Shown: piece after piece, positions 11,719-25,156 of the stretch
Position numbering within the stretch: position 1 is the stretch's first letter
Layout of the letters: the number at the start of each line of letters is the position of its first letter
Assembly (NCBI GenBank): GCA_026026165.1
Contig: JAPEUD010000031.1
Location: forward strand, 1-64,000
Reading direction: 5' to 3'
Source of the DNA: Sarea resinae
Lineage: Eukaryota
DNA length: 64,000 bases
The notes under the pieces: generated by a model
The model's input: the letters and a program-made list of their open reading frames with translations, nothing else
Told to the model about the DNA's origin: nothing
The model's database searches: none
Program-made: the position numbers and the translations under genes

Positions 11719-12238
11719 GGCCCGGCGATGCCTGACCGCGCTAAAAGCCGTGGTTGCTCCACGGCCAGCGGAGGCTGGCTATTCGCAGCTTGGAGAGCAG
11801 CTCGTTCTCGGCGACAACGGCGGTCCGGCGTGGGTTGCCTCTGGCCAGCAACGCCGCAGGATGATGGTGGAATGGAGGTTGTTGACGGTGCGCTGGTGAC
11901 AGCTGAATTGGAGGTCTTCCCACAAGGACAAGGGAAGGTAAGTCTACGGCGCGGGTGGCTTTCCCGAATCGGCTCAACCAGGCCAGGACAACCTGTCAAC
12001 CGAGAGCAGCGACGTCAGCGGTCTCGGCGGAGATGACGAGCTGGCATGAATCAATCGGGCGGTTAATCATCCAGACAGCCACGGCGCATTGATATCGTTC
12101 CCCCTCATCGCGGTTTGGAGATCACAACATGATGCATTGGGTGCATGATATCGACACGCAGGGCAAGAGAAAGTGAGAGAAGACCTCGTGATAGAGGGTG
12201 TGGGTGCTTAGAGGTTGGAGAGAGGGAGAGTGACAGTA

Positions 12239-13092
12239 ATGCCGCTGCTACGGTTGTGCCGCTCTGCATACGAATGTGTAACTGATACTTTGAGGGCGCG
12301 TGGGCGATGGCTGTGGCGCGCAAGTATAACTACCAGAAATCTATCAAACGAGGTACACGTGCACCCCATCGTCCCCATCTCCAGGCAGCGTCCCATCTCG
12401 GAAGATGATTTCTGCTCCCTCGGCCCTCGATGGAATGAAGACAATGCGGCTGATGGACGCTGTAGCACTGTTGTTACATCCCATTCCTATGTAAATGGCC
12501 CACACGAGGCACGAGGAAGTAGACTGTTGACAATGCAAAGATTCGGCTTGTTCTGTCGCGCAGCGAAGTGGAAGATGAGGATTGTACGAAGTACTCCAAA
12601 CATGCCCACCACGCTTGCGAGGATGTCACCGTTCAAGAGTCAGGCACGCATGGGGGAAATAAGCTGAATATCGTAGATGCTGAAAGTACGTGGGAGAGAG
12701 CTGGTGTTAGATACATGCCACTTGGGTCTCCTCCGTCCAAGCGGTCTTTGTCCAGAGACAACAGAAAACAGATGGAAATGCTGTCGCTGCCAACAGTCTT
12801 CCTGCGAGAACAGCTGATACACCTCCCAAGTCTTGATAGATCAGAGATGCCTTCGTCGCGCCCGTTGGTTAACAAGGTATATGTGCCGGACGGAGATTTC
12901 ACTCTCCCTCGAATCCCATCATCGAACCACTTGAGCCCGGTGAAGGGAGAGTTCGATGACCGGGAGACGAGAGATTGCTGTCATATGTCACACACTAGGC
13001 TTTCATCATCTGTCGAGTCCAATGTCAGCAATGAAAGACCTCAGAAGGTTAGGAAGCGGATATACGAACATGTTCAAAACTTGGAAGGATGA
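12239..13092 (+). CDS. Hypothetical orphan protein (~267 aa), two exons
   Basis: ORFs 12215-12667 and 12568-13092 join in frame through a 50-nt GTAAAT...TTGAC...AAG intron (12491-12540). No recognisable motif. Confidence 0.4.
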
Positions 13093-13329
13093 AGAAGAAA
13101 AAGAGAAGGGAAGTTCGCGAAAGATGCGTCTGCGTTAAGTAATCTACTTCTAGCTCCTCCGCTTCGGTTGGACTAGCCGTCTTGGGATATTCTCGAAGAG
13201 CTCAGGCTAGAGTAGCTAAACATCGCTGAGCAATTCGAGCGATGTGCTACTATTGAACTCGCAATGTCGACGACTGCAGCCATGGCCTCGACATTCCTTT
13301 GATCACCAAAGCCCGAGACCTGCGCAACT

Positions 13330-15699
13330 ATGCTTGCTAGTGCCTGTGCGAGGAGGCTCTCGTCGCGCCACTCGACATGGAGAAGCTACGTCGAAATATC
13401 TAGATTCATGCGCTCCTCTGCGGCGCTTCCTATAAGAGCATGTCCTCTGCTCCAAGGACGGGTTCCGCGTAGTGCCATCGAGGGCCAATGCTCTTCTTTC
13501 CATACCAGCGTATCCTTTCACCAAGAGAAACAAAGTCTGGACTTCCTGGAAGCTTATAAGAAATCATGTAGGCCTACCACGTGACAACTAGAGCCTTGGA
13601 GCCAACGCCCAAACTTGTCAGAGCTAATTAAGGCATAGTCAATTTCCCTATTGCTACGCATGGGATTCAGGAGCTCTCAGCTCTGGACCCATCGTCAGAA
13701 GCCGAAGTGGTCATTCATGGCTACTTGGGTTCTCGCGCCGATATCTCAAAGAACCTATCTTTTGCCTCTCTCATCAGTAAAGAGCTGGACTGTAGTGTTC
13801 AAGTCGTATCAACTGCAAAATCTCCCGAAGGGCAGCAGAAGCCTGCGCATGGACAATTAAGATCCCTGGAAGAGAACAGCCCAGTAATTGTCAGAGGACT
13901 CATCAAAGGGCGGGAGCCATCCAAGGCTGATCAGGACGGTCCTGGCACGTTGAAGACCTCACTTGGAGAGGTGCAGAAGATCCAGAATGTGGAAGTATTA
14001 CTACAAGATATCCAGTGTCTCAACGAGTTCCCAAAGGACATCATCCTCACTGAGGATACCAAGTTCCCCCCCGAGCAGCGTCATCTACAGATCAAGACAG
14101 ACAAGAGTGTTCGCGATGCATTGACTTTCCGAGCAAAAGCTGCCAACCTCTGCAGAGATGAATTGAGCAACCGGTTTGGTTTCGTGGAGGTGGAGACTCC
14201 GCTGCTCTTCAAGTCGACTCCTGAGGGCGCTAGAGAATTCCTGGTCCCTACTCGGCGAAAAGGCTTGGCTTACGCACTGCCGCAGAGTCCTCAACAGTAC
14301 AAGCAGATATTGATGGCCAGCGGGATACCGAGATACTTCCAAGTTGCAAAGTGTTTCCGTGACGAGGATTTGCGTGCAGACAGGCAGCCGGAATTTACTC
14401 AAGTATGATGACTTTTAATAATTTACACCATATGCTTACACATCTTCAGGTCGATCTAGAAATGTCGTTTGCAACCGGCCAGGATGTCATGGACTGTATG
14501 GAAGAAGTCATCAAAAGGCTATGGGCTGAATTGCTAGACATCAGGACTCTACCAGATACTTTCCCCAGAATGTCTTATGAGGAAGCCATGTCGCGATATG
14601 GCTCCGACAAGCCCGACATTCGACTCGGCATGGAGGTAGGAAGTCTAAATTCATTGAGCATGCTTATACTAATATCATTTATAGATACATAAAGTAGATT
14701 ATCTGCTTCCCGTAGATCTCGTCAGCAAAATTACGCCGCTTCCAGCACCGACCGTAGAAATCCTCAAACTGCCCCTTTCCACCTCGCCATCCGAAACCCG
14801 TGACTTCATCAACTCCTTCATGGGTTCCCCTGAAGCTATTCCGTTTAACGAGAACCCTGATGGCCAGCCCGGTATCTTCGTCGTCGATTCTCGCCGCCCT
14901 TTATCTGGCCTGCAAGCTTTTGGCTTCGAAGCCGCCGAGCATCTAGAGGATCTCCTGTCCCTGGAAGATGGCGATGTGGTAGTCCTTCAAGCTCGAAAGC
15001 AGGCCCCTCACTCGGGCGGCTCTACCGCCCTCGGAAATTTGCGCTTGGCGCTTCATCGCGCGGCTGTCGCCCAAGGCCGGATTCCGGCCGCCAAGGGCTT
15101 CGAATTCCTCTGGATTGCCGACTTCCCGCTCTTCTCGCCTACCGTGGCTGACGAGCCTGGCCAGGGTGGTGCTGCGGGGCTTGCATCTACGCATCATCCG
15201 TTTACAGCGCCGAAGACTGTCGAGGATGTCGATTTGCTTCTGACAGACCCGTCGAAGGTAAAGGCAGAGCATTATGATCTTGTGGTCAATGGCGTTGAGC
15301 TAGGTGGGGGCAGTCGCCGTATTCACGACGCCCGAGTTCAAGAGTTCATCCTTAGAGATGTCTTGAAGGTATTTTACCTATTTTTTCTCCTTTCCCCTTT
15401 CCTGAAATGCCAGGGCCCATTGCCTTGTTCCATTACCGGCTGACACATATTATCAGATCTCACCTAACCGTCTCAACTCATTCTCTCATCTTCTCTCCGT
15501 CTTGCGATCTGGCTGCCCACCTCACGCCGGCATCGCACTCGGATTCGACCGGCTCATCACAGTGATGATGGGCCGTGAGTCCGTGCGCGACGTCATTGCG
15601 TTTCCCAAGAGCGGGAAGGGCGAGGATTTGCTTGTCAAGAGCCCGAGCATGGTTGACAAGGAGGCATTGGAAGTTTATGGGCTGAAGTTGATCGAATAA
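13330..15699 (+). CDS. MSD1: Mitochondrial aspartyl-tRNA synthetase
   Basis: Arg/Ser-rich presequence; [32 protein letters not shown], motif 2 [24 protein letters not shown], motif 3 [13 protein letters not shown]; four introns. Confidence 0.95.
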
Positions 15700-16210
15700 G
15701 ATGTATGGAGTATGATGTACTATACTAGCATGAGATGGATAGTAGGGTAGGTTAGCCGGAAGGAGGGGTCTGATGGAGGGTTGAGAGCATGCTAGACTTC
15801 TTTTTCGTGTCATAATAGATATATAGAACTGTACCATTATCTGAACTATAATATCAGCATCTGGATGAATCCACGTGGAGTCTCCTGCGTGCGATTGCTC
15901 TCGCCTCGCGTCTTGCATCGGTATCTGTAAGAGCTCATAGCATCTCACAATATCTTTGATTGCCTGCCCATCCACCCGACTCATACTCTTCTTCAGCGCA
16001 GCCAGTAAAGCGTAGCCTGCTATCCTTTCAAAGCCATGACTCCTGGGTAGCTATATGTGATCTTTGTACCCGACAGGGGACAGCGGGGCGGGGCGGAGAT
16101 GGTGGGGAAGCTGAACTTCAAGCGAGATCGCAGAAAGTCATATCGAGCATGCCGCCTACCCACTTCACCTGCCGCCAACAGCCCCACGACAGCACGACAA
16201 GCAAGCCAAG

Positions 16211-17738
16211 ATGAGGTCCTCCAGATCCATTGCATCCGTGGAGCGCGCCATTGCCAGGCCTAGATCCTTCTCTACATACAATCTTCCCCTCACCGGCTCC
16301 ATCCGCAGTCAATTGCCCCGAGTACATGTATCAAGCGCCGCAGCTGCATCCTCCGGCTCACGCTTACCTCTCAGCCCCCGCGCATGGCAACGACAGCCCC
16401 TCCAGACACGCCAATGCGCCCGTTATGCTTCATCCGATGCGGGCTCGAGTCTCAAGAAGACGCCCATGTATGATCTCCATGTCGCGGCCAAGGGAAAGAT
16501 GGTCCCGTTTGCTGGCTACTCCATGCCGGTGCAATACGGCGATATCGGCGTAGGCGAGAGTCATCGGTGGACGAGGGAGAAGGCGAGCTTGTTCGATGTG
16601 GGACATATGTATGTTTGCAATGCCCCTTTCAGTCCTGTTTCCATCTACATCGAGCTATCCATCTGTCCACCGGTCAATCACTGATAAACGCTACAGGGTC
16701 CAACATTGTTTCTCCGGCCCCGGAGCAGCAGGCCTCCTCCTCAAACTCACCCCAGCATCAATCAACACCCTCCTCCCACATCGCTCCACGCTCTCCACCT
16801 TCCTGCACGAGAACACTGGTGGCATCGTCGATGATACAGTCATCACGCGCCTGGGCCCAGAGTCCTTTTACATCGTCACCAATGCCGCCTGCCGCGACAA
16901 AGACCTGCCCTACCTGTCCTCGCACATCCAACAATGGCACGAAGCCGGCGGGGCAAAGGTCGACTGGGAAGTGCTGGACAACTGGGGCCTCCTCGCCCTG
17001 CAAGGCCCACTAAGCCAAGATATACTATCTCTGCTCCTCGCGAACCCCACAAATGAAGAGGCAAACCTGTCGACGCTGACCTTTTCGCAATCGCGCTTCC
17101 TGCAATTCAACCTCCCTGGCTCCCCCGAGCCTACCATCCCCATCCATGTCGCGCGAGCTGGCTACACGGGCGAAGACGGCTTTGAGATCTCGCTGCCCCC
17201 CTCGCTCGCTGTGCCCTTTACCACTGCCCTGCTCGACGCAGCCACGCCGTCGCGCCTCCAATGGGCCGGTCTCGGCGCCCGCGATAGTCTGCGCCTAGAG
17301 GCAGGCATGTGTCTCTATGGACATGATCTAGACGACACCACGACGCCGGTCGAGGGTGCGCTGGCCTGGATCATCGGCAAGGACCGCCGCAGCGCGACGA
17401 CGGGCCCGGACGCCTTCCTCGGCGCAGACGTCATCCTGCAACAGCTGCTCCCGGCCAAGCAAGGCGGTGGCGTTCGCCGGCGACGCGTGGGTTTTGTGGT
17501 TGACGGCGCCCCGGCGCGCGAGGGTGCCGAGATCGTCGACAGCGAGTCCGGCGACGTGCTGGGCCACGTCACGAGCGGCTGTCCTGCACCGTCGCTCGGC
17601 AAGAACATCGCCATGGGCTATGTGAAGCAGGGATTCCATAAGAGCGGCACCGAAGTGCAGATCGTGGTGCGCGGCAAGAAGAGACGCGCGGTTGTTACTA
17701 AGATGCCCTTTGTCGAGACCAAGTATTTCAGGGGATAG
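16211..17738 (+). CDS. GCV1: Glycine cleavage system T protein (aminomethyltransferase), mitochondrial
   Basis: Presequence, then [56 protein letters not shown]; one intron at ~16609-16697. Confidence 0.96.
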
Positions 17739-18946
17739 GTTAGGTAGATGTCGGTGATTTAGGGGGGGAAATAATCCATCCACATCATCCCATGCGAATG
17801 TCTTTTGTTTATGTCTTTGTTTGCTCCATGAAATTCTTTTCTAGGACTGCTCATCTTACCTGCCTACCTACCTGCCTGCCTGCCTGCCTCTCTTGCCTCT
17901 CTTTTCCCCCTTCCAATTCTTAGCCGCTCCCCAGCAAGCCTACCTGGGCCTCCGCCTTTGCCTGTGCCTTTGCCGTTGCTGGTAGCTGCTTTTTCACCCT
18001 CACGTTTTTCAGGGGTAACACGCACATACATGTATTTCACACCAAAAGATAGAACCATAAAAATCGAAATGAACACAGACAGGACAGGGGGAGTCTCAAC
18101 ACTCCAGAAATTAATGAAAGCACTACCTACTATATGTATCCTCTATCCTCGATTCTTGGTTCTCTGTTCGCTGTTGTCCGTTCTCCCATTCCGTCTCCCG
18201 CCACACAACTCGAGGGTGCCTGACCAACCGAACCTCTGTTTAATTCCTTGCTTGCTTCGCTTTAAGAAAGTGCAGAGATAGAGGGATAGAGGGGTTGGTG
18301 GATAGAGAGATGGTGGATAGAGGGTTAGTGGATGGAGAGATAGAGGATAGAGGATACAGCATACAGCATACAGCACACAGCATACAGCATACAGGACAGT
18401 GGATACAGGACAATGGATAGAGTAATAGAATAGTAGTAATAGTAGTAGTGGATATAAGAGGACAAGACTGGAATAGGATAGGATAGATTAGGATTGGTGT
18501 AGCTGTTCTGCTCTGCCCTATTCTATTTTATTTTCTTTTTTTTTTGGGGGGGTCGGTCTAGAGATTTGTCTACTGTGTGTGTCTATCTAGCTATCTGGCG
18601 ATTTGTCTATTTGTCTATCCTGTCTATCGTATTTTTAGAATATACTATCTATCCAAACAACCTGACCTGTCTCCGTCCTGTAGACTTTTCTACCTCTTCG
18701 TCTATCTCTTTGTTGATCCAGTATCCGGTCTATCCGGTCTACCGTGCTCGTCTGTCTCGGAGACAGCTCAAGTCATGCTCGATCTCTAGAACGAAGATAG
18801 AGAGGTGAGGGTGGGGTGGGGGAGGGGGGAGGAAATTCGTCTGCGAGGACGAGATTGCGAGGAAGCAGATTGGAGGACGAGATTGTGCCGAGAAGAAAAG
18901 GGAAAAGGAAATAGAAAAGTGAGATGGAGGTGGTGTTCACGCTTGT

Positions 18947-19015
18947 CCTCTCCTCTCCTCTCCTCTCCTCTCCTCTCCTCTCCTCTCTTCTTCTCTCCTC
19001 TTCTCTCCTCTCCTC
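18947..19015 (+). repeat. (CTCTC)n pyrimidine microsatellite
   Basis: Read directly. Confidence 0.85.
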
Positions 19016-19262
19016 TGCTAAGATCGGGCCATCTCCACCTCCTGCTCCGCCCAACCCCTCCACTGGGTTCCGCTTTTTAATGTTTTGAAGCTCCACGGCA
19101 CCACGGATTCTCATACGGGGCTCCATGCTCGATGCCCGATGCTCGAGGCCCCTGGATCAGTAACCCCCTCTCCCCTTTGCTCTTCCCTCTTCCCTTTTTC
19201 GGCTCATTGGCCCCGGAGGTCCTTGTGCCGTTTATGCGTATACTTTCCTATGAGTGGGGTTC

Positions 19263-20612
19263 CTAGATCGAGTATCCCGGTTCCTGCTGTGTGAAGAATG
19301 CGTGGTGTGCTAGAGAGGACACGGAGATGGGGATTGCGCGCGTGTGGGGGAAGCGTGGGTCGAGTGGTTTTGTTCCTGGGTCGCCAGAGTGGGGAGGGGT
19401 GGTGGGAGGGTGAGGGGGTGAGGTTGAGAGAGAGGGAGAGGGAGAGGGAGAGGTTGATGTAGGAGCGGGAGTCGCAGCAGAAGCAGTAGTGGTAGGAGCA
19501 GAAGTAACAGCAGAAGTAGAAGTAGAGGTAGAGGTAGACCCATCATCGTCATCTCGATGTAAGTAGTAGACGGTCTCGATGCCGCAGGTCTTCAGATGCT
19601 GCAGGACGCGATGGTAATTGAGCCCCACCTGCTCCGGCGCGTGGCTATCGTCCGACAGCGTGAAACGTCCGCCCAGATCTCGGAATGCCTGTTGAACCGA
19701 GAAAATCAGTATTTGCCTTGAGCCACAAAGACCGCGTTTCATGTCGTTGGAGAGGAAGCAGTATAGCACCGATCAGAGAAAGAAATACCTCGCAGATCTC
19801 CCGCTTGGGATACGGCTCGCTCATGCCCTTGCGCACCGCGCTGGAGTTGATCTCCACGATGCCGCCATACCCAGCAACAAGCTCCAGGTTCCTGAGCACG
19901 CGCTCCCAGACACCCTTGAAGGCCGTGAAGCGGCGCTCCGGGTCGTCGCTCTTGAGCCGGATGAGGTCGAAGTGGCCGACGACGGGCGGGCGCATCTGCT
20001 GCAGCATCTGGTACTGCTCGTCGAAATAGTGCTCGAAGAGGCGCTCGTCGGAGGCGTCGCTACCGGATACCGCCGCGCGCGCTGCCTGGTACAGCGGCGT
20101 GTCGTAGTCGATCGGGATGCTGTGCACGTGGTGCAGGCTGCCGACATAGAAGTCGAAGGCGTGCAGCGAGAGCAGTGACGATATGAAAGCTGCGCTCGTG
20201 GGCCGCGGGAACCAGTCTGCTTCTAGGCCTATCAGCAGCGTGATTTGGCCCTCGTAGAGCGTGCGGAGACGGCTGGCTTCGGCGTGGTAGGCGGAGAAGA
20301 TCCGGAAGAGTTCCGTGGAGTTGAGGGAGAGTGCGGTCTTTTGTCTTTATCAGCTTGGTGGTTCGATGGTTGGCTGGCTGACTGATGGCGAGACTGGCTG
20401 GGGAGGGCAGGCGAAAGAAAGGGAAAGATATGCGGGTTTCAGATAGCTGGACTGACCTCTTCCGGATACAGATCTCGGTCCTCCCGCGGCATGTGCTCGG
20501 TCAGGCAGAAGACAGACATCTTGCGCACGATGGCCGTCTGGATCATGTCTTCGAGTGTGCCGGTGGCATGGCCGCAGAACTGGCCCGAGTGGCTGTGGTG
20601 CGAGAACGGCAT
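19263..20612 (-). CDS. HIS2: Histidinol-phosphatase, PHP family
   Basis: MPFSHHSHSGQFCGHA, CLTEHMPR, VGSLHHV, VVGHFDLIRL, EINSSA, FTLSDDSH; two introns. Confidence 0.93.
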
Positions 20613-21164
20613 GTTGTGTCTCACAGGCGACGGGCGGTCAACCACTTGCCACTGGCCCTAAACAATGAGCTATAGAGTAGGATGGAGAGTCAGGAGTAGT
20701 AGTTTGTAGGAGTGTGTAGGAAGTTGTGGAGCTGTGAGAATGGGGGAGGCAAGTTGCGGTGACTGCTGCCCCGAGTGTAAGATGCGATGCGACGCGATGC
20801 GATGCGCCTCAGCAATTTACGGGTGCCAACATCAGCTTAAACCCCGTTTTTCAAGCAGGTTCACAAAATAACTGTCTTATCTCTATTTCCAACACCACTC
20901 AATTTCTATTCTCCATTATTGATTCGCGGCTCCCCTTCACCGCAATCTTGCTTACACTCGCCTTGGGGAGATCTAGAACAATAATTCGTCAACGCGAGAT
21001 TACCCGGCAGCACTCGCCAATGATCGCCATCCAGGTTCCAGACCCCTCCATCCCTCTCCCCTCTCTCCTCCCACCGTCGAACTGCACCCCACCAAACCGC
21101 AACAAGCCTCCCAGCGCAACACGCAGCAAAACAAGCAGAGCCCGTCCTTTTCGATATTCAGACA

Positions 21165-22073
21165 ATGTCATCCTCACCCACGCCCTCGGAGCGCGAACGC
21201 TCAGACGCCGAACAGCGGGCCCGCGAAGCCGCCGAGCAGGCCGCACTGCCCTACAAATGGACGCAAACGATTGGTGATGTGGACGTCACCGTGGCCGTGC
21301 CGGGCCATCTCAAGGGCAGGGATCTGGACGTCGTGTTGACGCGGACGAAGGTCAAGGTTGCGGTCAAGGGCCAGTCGCCTATTCTGGAGGTATGATGGCT
21401 TTTGTCTACTAGAGCTTTTCCACTGTTGATGGCGGGGCGAGAAGGGTGGGAGGGAGAGTTCTTTGTGGGTAGAAGGAGATGTTTGAAGTATAGTGGTGGT
21501 GGTCGAACACAGAGAAGCGTGAAAGAGAGCGCCGACATCAAAACAAAACCACCTAAACTAACGCGCATGCGACACGTGCACAGGGCGAGTTCCCACACCC
21601 GATCGACACGGAAGACTCAACCTGGACGCTCGAGCCGACGCCCTCGTCCGGCAAAGAAGTCTCTCTGCACCTCGAAAAAGTCAACAAGCTCGAATGGTGG
21701 GCGCACGTGGTGACGACGGCGCCGAAGATCGACACGTCGAAGATCACGCCCGAGAACAGCAAGCTCAGCGACCTGGACGGCGAGACGCGCGCCATGGTCG
21801 AAAAGATGATGTTTGACCAGCGCCAGAAGGAGCTGGGGCAGCCGACCAGCGACGAGGCCAAGAAGCAGGACCTGTTGAAGAAGTTTCAGGAACAACATCC
21901 CGGTGAGTTAGTTCGTCGTGACTCTGTCTTGTGTGGTTGAACCAGAGAGGATTGCGTCGCGTTGCGTTGCTTTGTGTAGCATCCTGTTGTTTTGGTTGTT
22001 TGGTTGGCGCGTACAGCATGCTAAATTCTTCCCTCGAGCAGAGATGGATTTCTCCAACGCAAAAATGGGATAA
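21165..22073 (+). CDS. nudC: Nuclear movement protein NudC (CS/p23 domain)
   Basis: [63 protein letters not shown]; two introns. Confidence 0.95.
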
Positions 22074-23028
22074 AGGGGCAAAAAGGAAAACCAAAAGAAA
22101 CAACGTCTCCCGTGCACCGAGTGCCACCTAGAAGAGAGCAAACAGACAGACGAACAAAGGAATATGCTAGATCAAAATACAGGGGTTCAGACGCCATCCT
22201 AGCCCACCGTAGGTAGCTAGGTAGGTCAATCGGTCGGTAGGTAGGTAGATAGATAGTCAAGTGCACCACGAGGCTGATCCAAGGGGCTACAAAGCAGAGA
22301 CAAGCAAGGCAAAGCAGAAGCAGAGGCAGCAGGGCAGGCGAGTGTTGTTGTTTGCTTCAGAAAGAAATACCATGTCTCATGTGATATTACCGCTCGAATG
22401 CTCTGCGATGCTCGGATGCGCAGCGGTGGCGTTGGTTGGCGATATAAGGTTTGAAAGAAAGACTTTTGGCACGAATAAAGGACGTTCTGCCAATCAGACT
22501 AGCTACACACCTAGCAATTCGCTGTTCCCCTCCCTCCTTCAAAAAAAATCAATACTATACTATACTATATCATTCCTTTTACATATACAATTTCAATTCC
22601 CCCCTGACTCAGCGTAGATTTTTCAATCTCAAGTGCAAGGAGGAGAGGTGTCGTCGTCGTCGTCGTCGTCGTTTTTATCTGTTGACTCATGCATGCATGT
22701 GTACTCGGAGGACACACACACACACACATCAACTCACGAATGCAGAAGCCAAGATTAGAAAGGATTCGGAAAAAAGTCGAAGAAGAGATGCACCGAGTGA
22801 GAATCGATTGAGATTTATGAAGAGAATAAGAATACACAAAGTAGAGAGAAGAAGAGAAGAAGGAAAAGAAATGAAGAACGCAGAAAGGATGGAGGTTTGC
22901 AGTTAGGTAGGCAGATAGATAGATGCCCGCATTCAAAGTCGGGTGTACAGTTGCTCCCGAATCCAGACGTATCAGGAGAGGGAGAAATACCGATTCTATA
23001 CAAGGCACTCTCGCCATCTCATCTCGTC

Positions 23029-24669
23029 TCACCTTACGGGCAGCTTATTCGCCCCAGAACTAGAAGATGCTGAGCTGCCTTCGTCTGCCACCGCTACTTG
23101 TCCGTGTCCGCGTCCTTGCGCCCGTACTTGCTGGGGCTGCACCTGAATATCCTCATCCTCATCTACATACTCCCAGTCCCCATCTTCCTCGTCGGCAGGT
23201 GCGCCAACGATGCTCCTCCACACGCCCTCCCACAATCGCTTCTTATGCACGAGGGCCAGAACCATGACGATAGGCAGATGCCAGACGCTCGCCCAGAACA
23301 GAGCGCGTGCCGAGCCCTTTTGGCCCTCGTACTTCCAGAACCGCCACGCCTCGCGCGTCATCCATGCGTTGACGACCGAGCTCGTGATGACAAAGTACGG
23401 GTCCGTGACGCCGACGGCCCACAGTCCGATGCAGAGGGGAAACATGGCCAGGGAGTAGCGCACGGCGACGCGGGCGTTCATGCGCGGGTTGATCCACGCG
23501 AGCATCTTGTATCCAGCTTGCTTGTACTCGTCGCGAATGGACCAGCTCAGCGCATTGAAGTGGGGGAATTGCCAGGCGAAAAGGAGTCCGCCAAGGAGCC
23601 AACCGCCGATGCTCTGCGGAGTGAGGAGGAGCTCTTGCCAGCCGCCGGAGTCGGTGGCGTAATGGCCTGCGGCGGCCGCCCAGCCCATGAGAGGGGGGAT
23701 TCCGCCCACGATGGCACCAACCCAGGTGTTGACGGGATGGAGGCGCTTCATGGGGGTGTAGACGCCGGCGTAGATGATAATATTTAGTGCGCCGAGAAAG
23801 GAGACGGTCGGGTTGACGCCGTAGTAGAGGGCACCTACCCCAGTGAGGCCGGTCAGAACGGCAAAGGAGAGGGCGCCGCGGGTAGAGATCAATTTCCGCA
23901 CCAGGGGTCTGTTGCGTGTACGGCTCATCTGAGCGTCGTACTTGGGCTCGTAAAGCATGTTGAAGGCATTGGCGCTAGCGGCGGAGAGGGCGGTACCGGT
24001 AGTGAGGAAGAGGAGAGTGAGGGCCGAGAGTGAGGGGGACGTGGTTGTGGAAGGAAGAAGGAGGTCGGGGGCCGGGTAGAGACCGTAGGCCGTCGTGCAT
24101 GTGAGCACAACGAGGAAAGAGAGGCGCGGCTTTGAGAGGGAGAGGTAAGTCGTGAAGAGTCTCTTCAAGGACCGCTTCGGGAGAGTCGATGAGAGGGTGG
24201 AGAGTCGAGCAGACGCATCGAGCGGGATCTCGTGTTCGGTGTCAGGTCGGGGGTGAATCGAGGAGGCCGAGGGAGTTTTTTTTATGGGTAGATCTTGCCC
24301 TTGGGAGGTCGGCGATGCTTCTGGCATCGAAGATGCCTTGGAAGCAGTTGATACCGGCTCCTTTGGATGTTTGGATGAGGATCCCGCGACAGCCCTCAAG
24401 TTCGACTCACTGGCCGTATAGCTCGACACATGGTTCTTCGACGAGGGGCGCAAACCCTCCAAAAAGCTGTTGGAGAGGAAATAGCCCTTCCTGAAGACGC
24501 CCTTCTGTAGCACGCTTGCGAGAACAGCATGCTTCGGCTGAGAAGAGCTCGTAAAGGCTCGATGTGCCGTTCTCGGGGCTGGGCGCGATAGCTTCAGCAG
24601 ACATCGCGGACAGATGACATGCGAGGTCAGCGACTCGGCCAGTCTGATGCCATTTGATCGAATAATCAT
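23029..24669 (-). CDS. COX10: Protoheme IX farnesyltransferase (heme O synthase), intronless
   Basis: LSKPRLSFLVVLT, ANAFNMLYEPKYDAQMSRTRNRPL, YTPMKR, NTWVGAIVGGIPPLMGW, WQFPHFNAL (UbiA family). Confidence 0.96.
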   Translation of the reverse strand: MIIRSNGIRLAESLTSHVICPRCLLKLSRPAPRTAHRAFTSSSQPKHAVLASVLQKGVFRKGYFLSNSFLEGLRPSSKNHVSSYTASESNLRAVAGSSSKHPKEPVSTASKASSMPEASPTSQGQDLPIKKTPSASSIHPRPDTEHEIPLDASARLSTLSSTLPKRSLKRLFTTYLSLSKPRLSFLVVLTCTTAYGLYPAPDLLLPSTTTSPSLSALTLLFLTTGTALSAASANAFNMLYEPKYDAQMSRTRNRPLVRKLISTRGALSFAVLTGLTGVGALYYGVNPTVSFLGALNIIIYAGVYTPMKRLHPVNTWVGAIVGGIPPLMGWAAAAGHYATDSGGWQELLLTPQSIGGWLLGGLLFAWQFPHFNALSWSIRDEYKQAGYKMLAWINPRMNARVAVRYSLAMFPLCIGLWAVGVTDPYFVITSSVVNAWMTREAWRFWKYEGQKGSARALFWASVWHLPIVMVLALVHKKRLWEGVWRSIVGAPADEEDGDWEYVDEDEDIQVQPQQVRAQGRGHGQVAVADEGSSASSSSGANKLPVR

Positions 24670-25156
24670 CCTCAAACGGCCAGTATGAGGGTGATTGAGG
24701 ACGACTTGGGGATTTGGGGAGTCGGCGTTGACACCTTGGGGATCGATCGCCTCGAGTCTTGTCGACTTTGATTTCGATTATCATCGGCTCATGTCAACCG
24801 TTACGTCAGCCGAGACTGGCAGCCGCGCAGAATCCCCGTGCCCCGTTCCCCGGATTCCCCGGAACAAGAACAGCAGCGATACATCGCATCCAATGGCAGT
24901 CGCCGAATTACAAGACAACACGGAGAGATGTCAAAGATCGTGTAAACACCAAACACATTACGCTGGGCGGTATCCGCTCAGACAGATATACTGCCCCGTC
25001 GGGAGGGAGAAATAGTGTACAACGCGGTGGAAAGAAAAGATCTATGCCTGCTCGGTCCCCCTTGCTGCGCTATGCTAGATTGCCAGCAAGCAACCCCATG
25101 AACCAGGGACGAGCTGGTGGTACAATGCACGCTCAACGCCCGCCCGCCTTCCCCAA

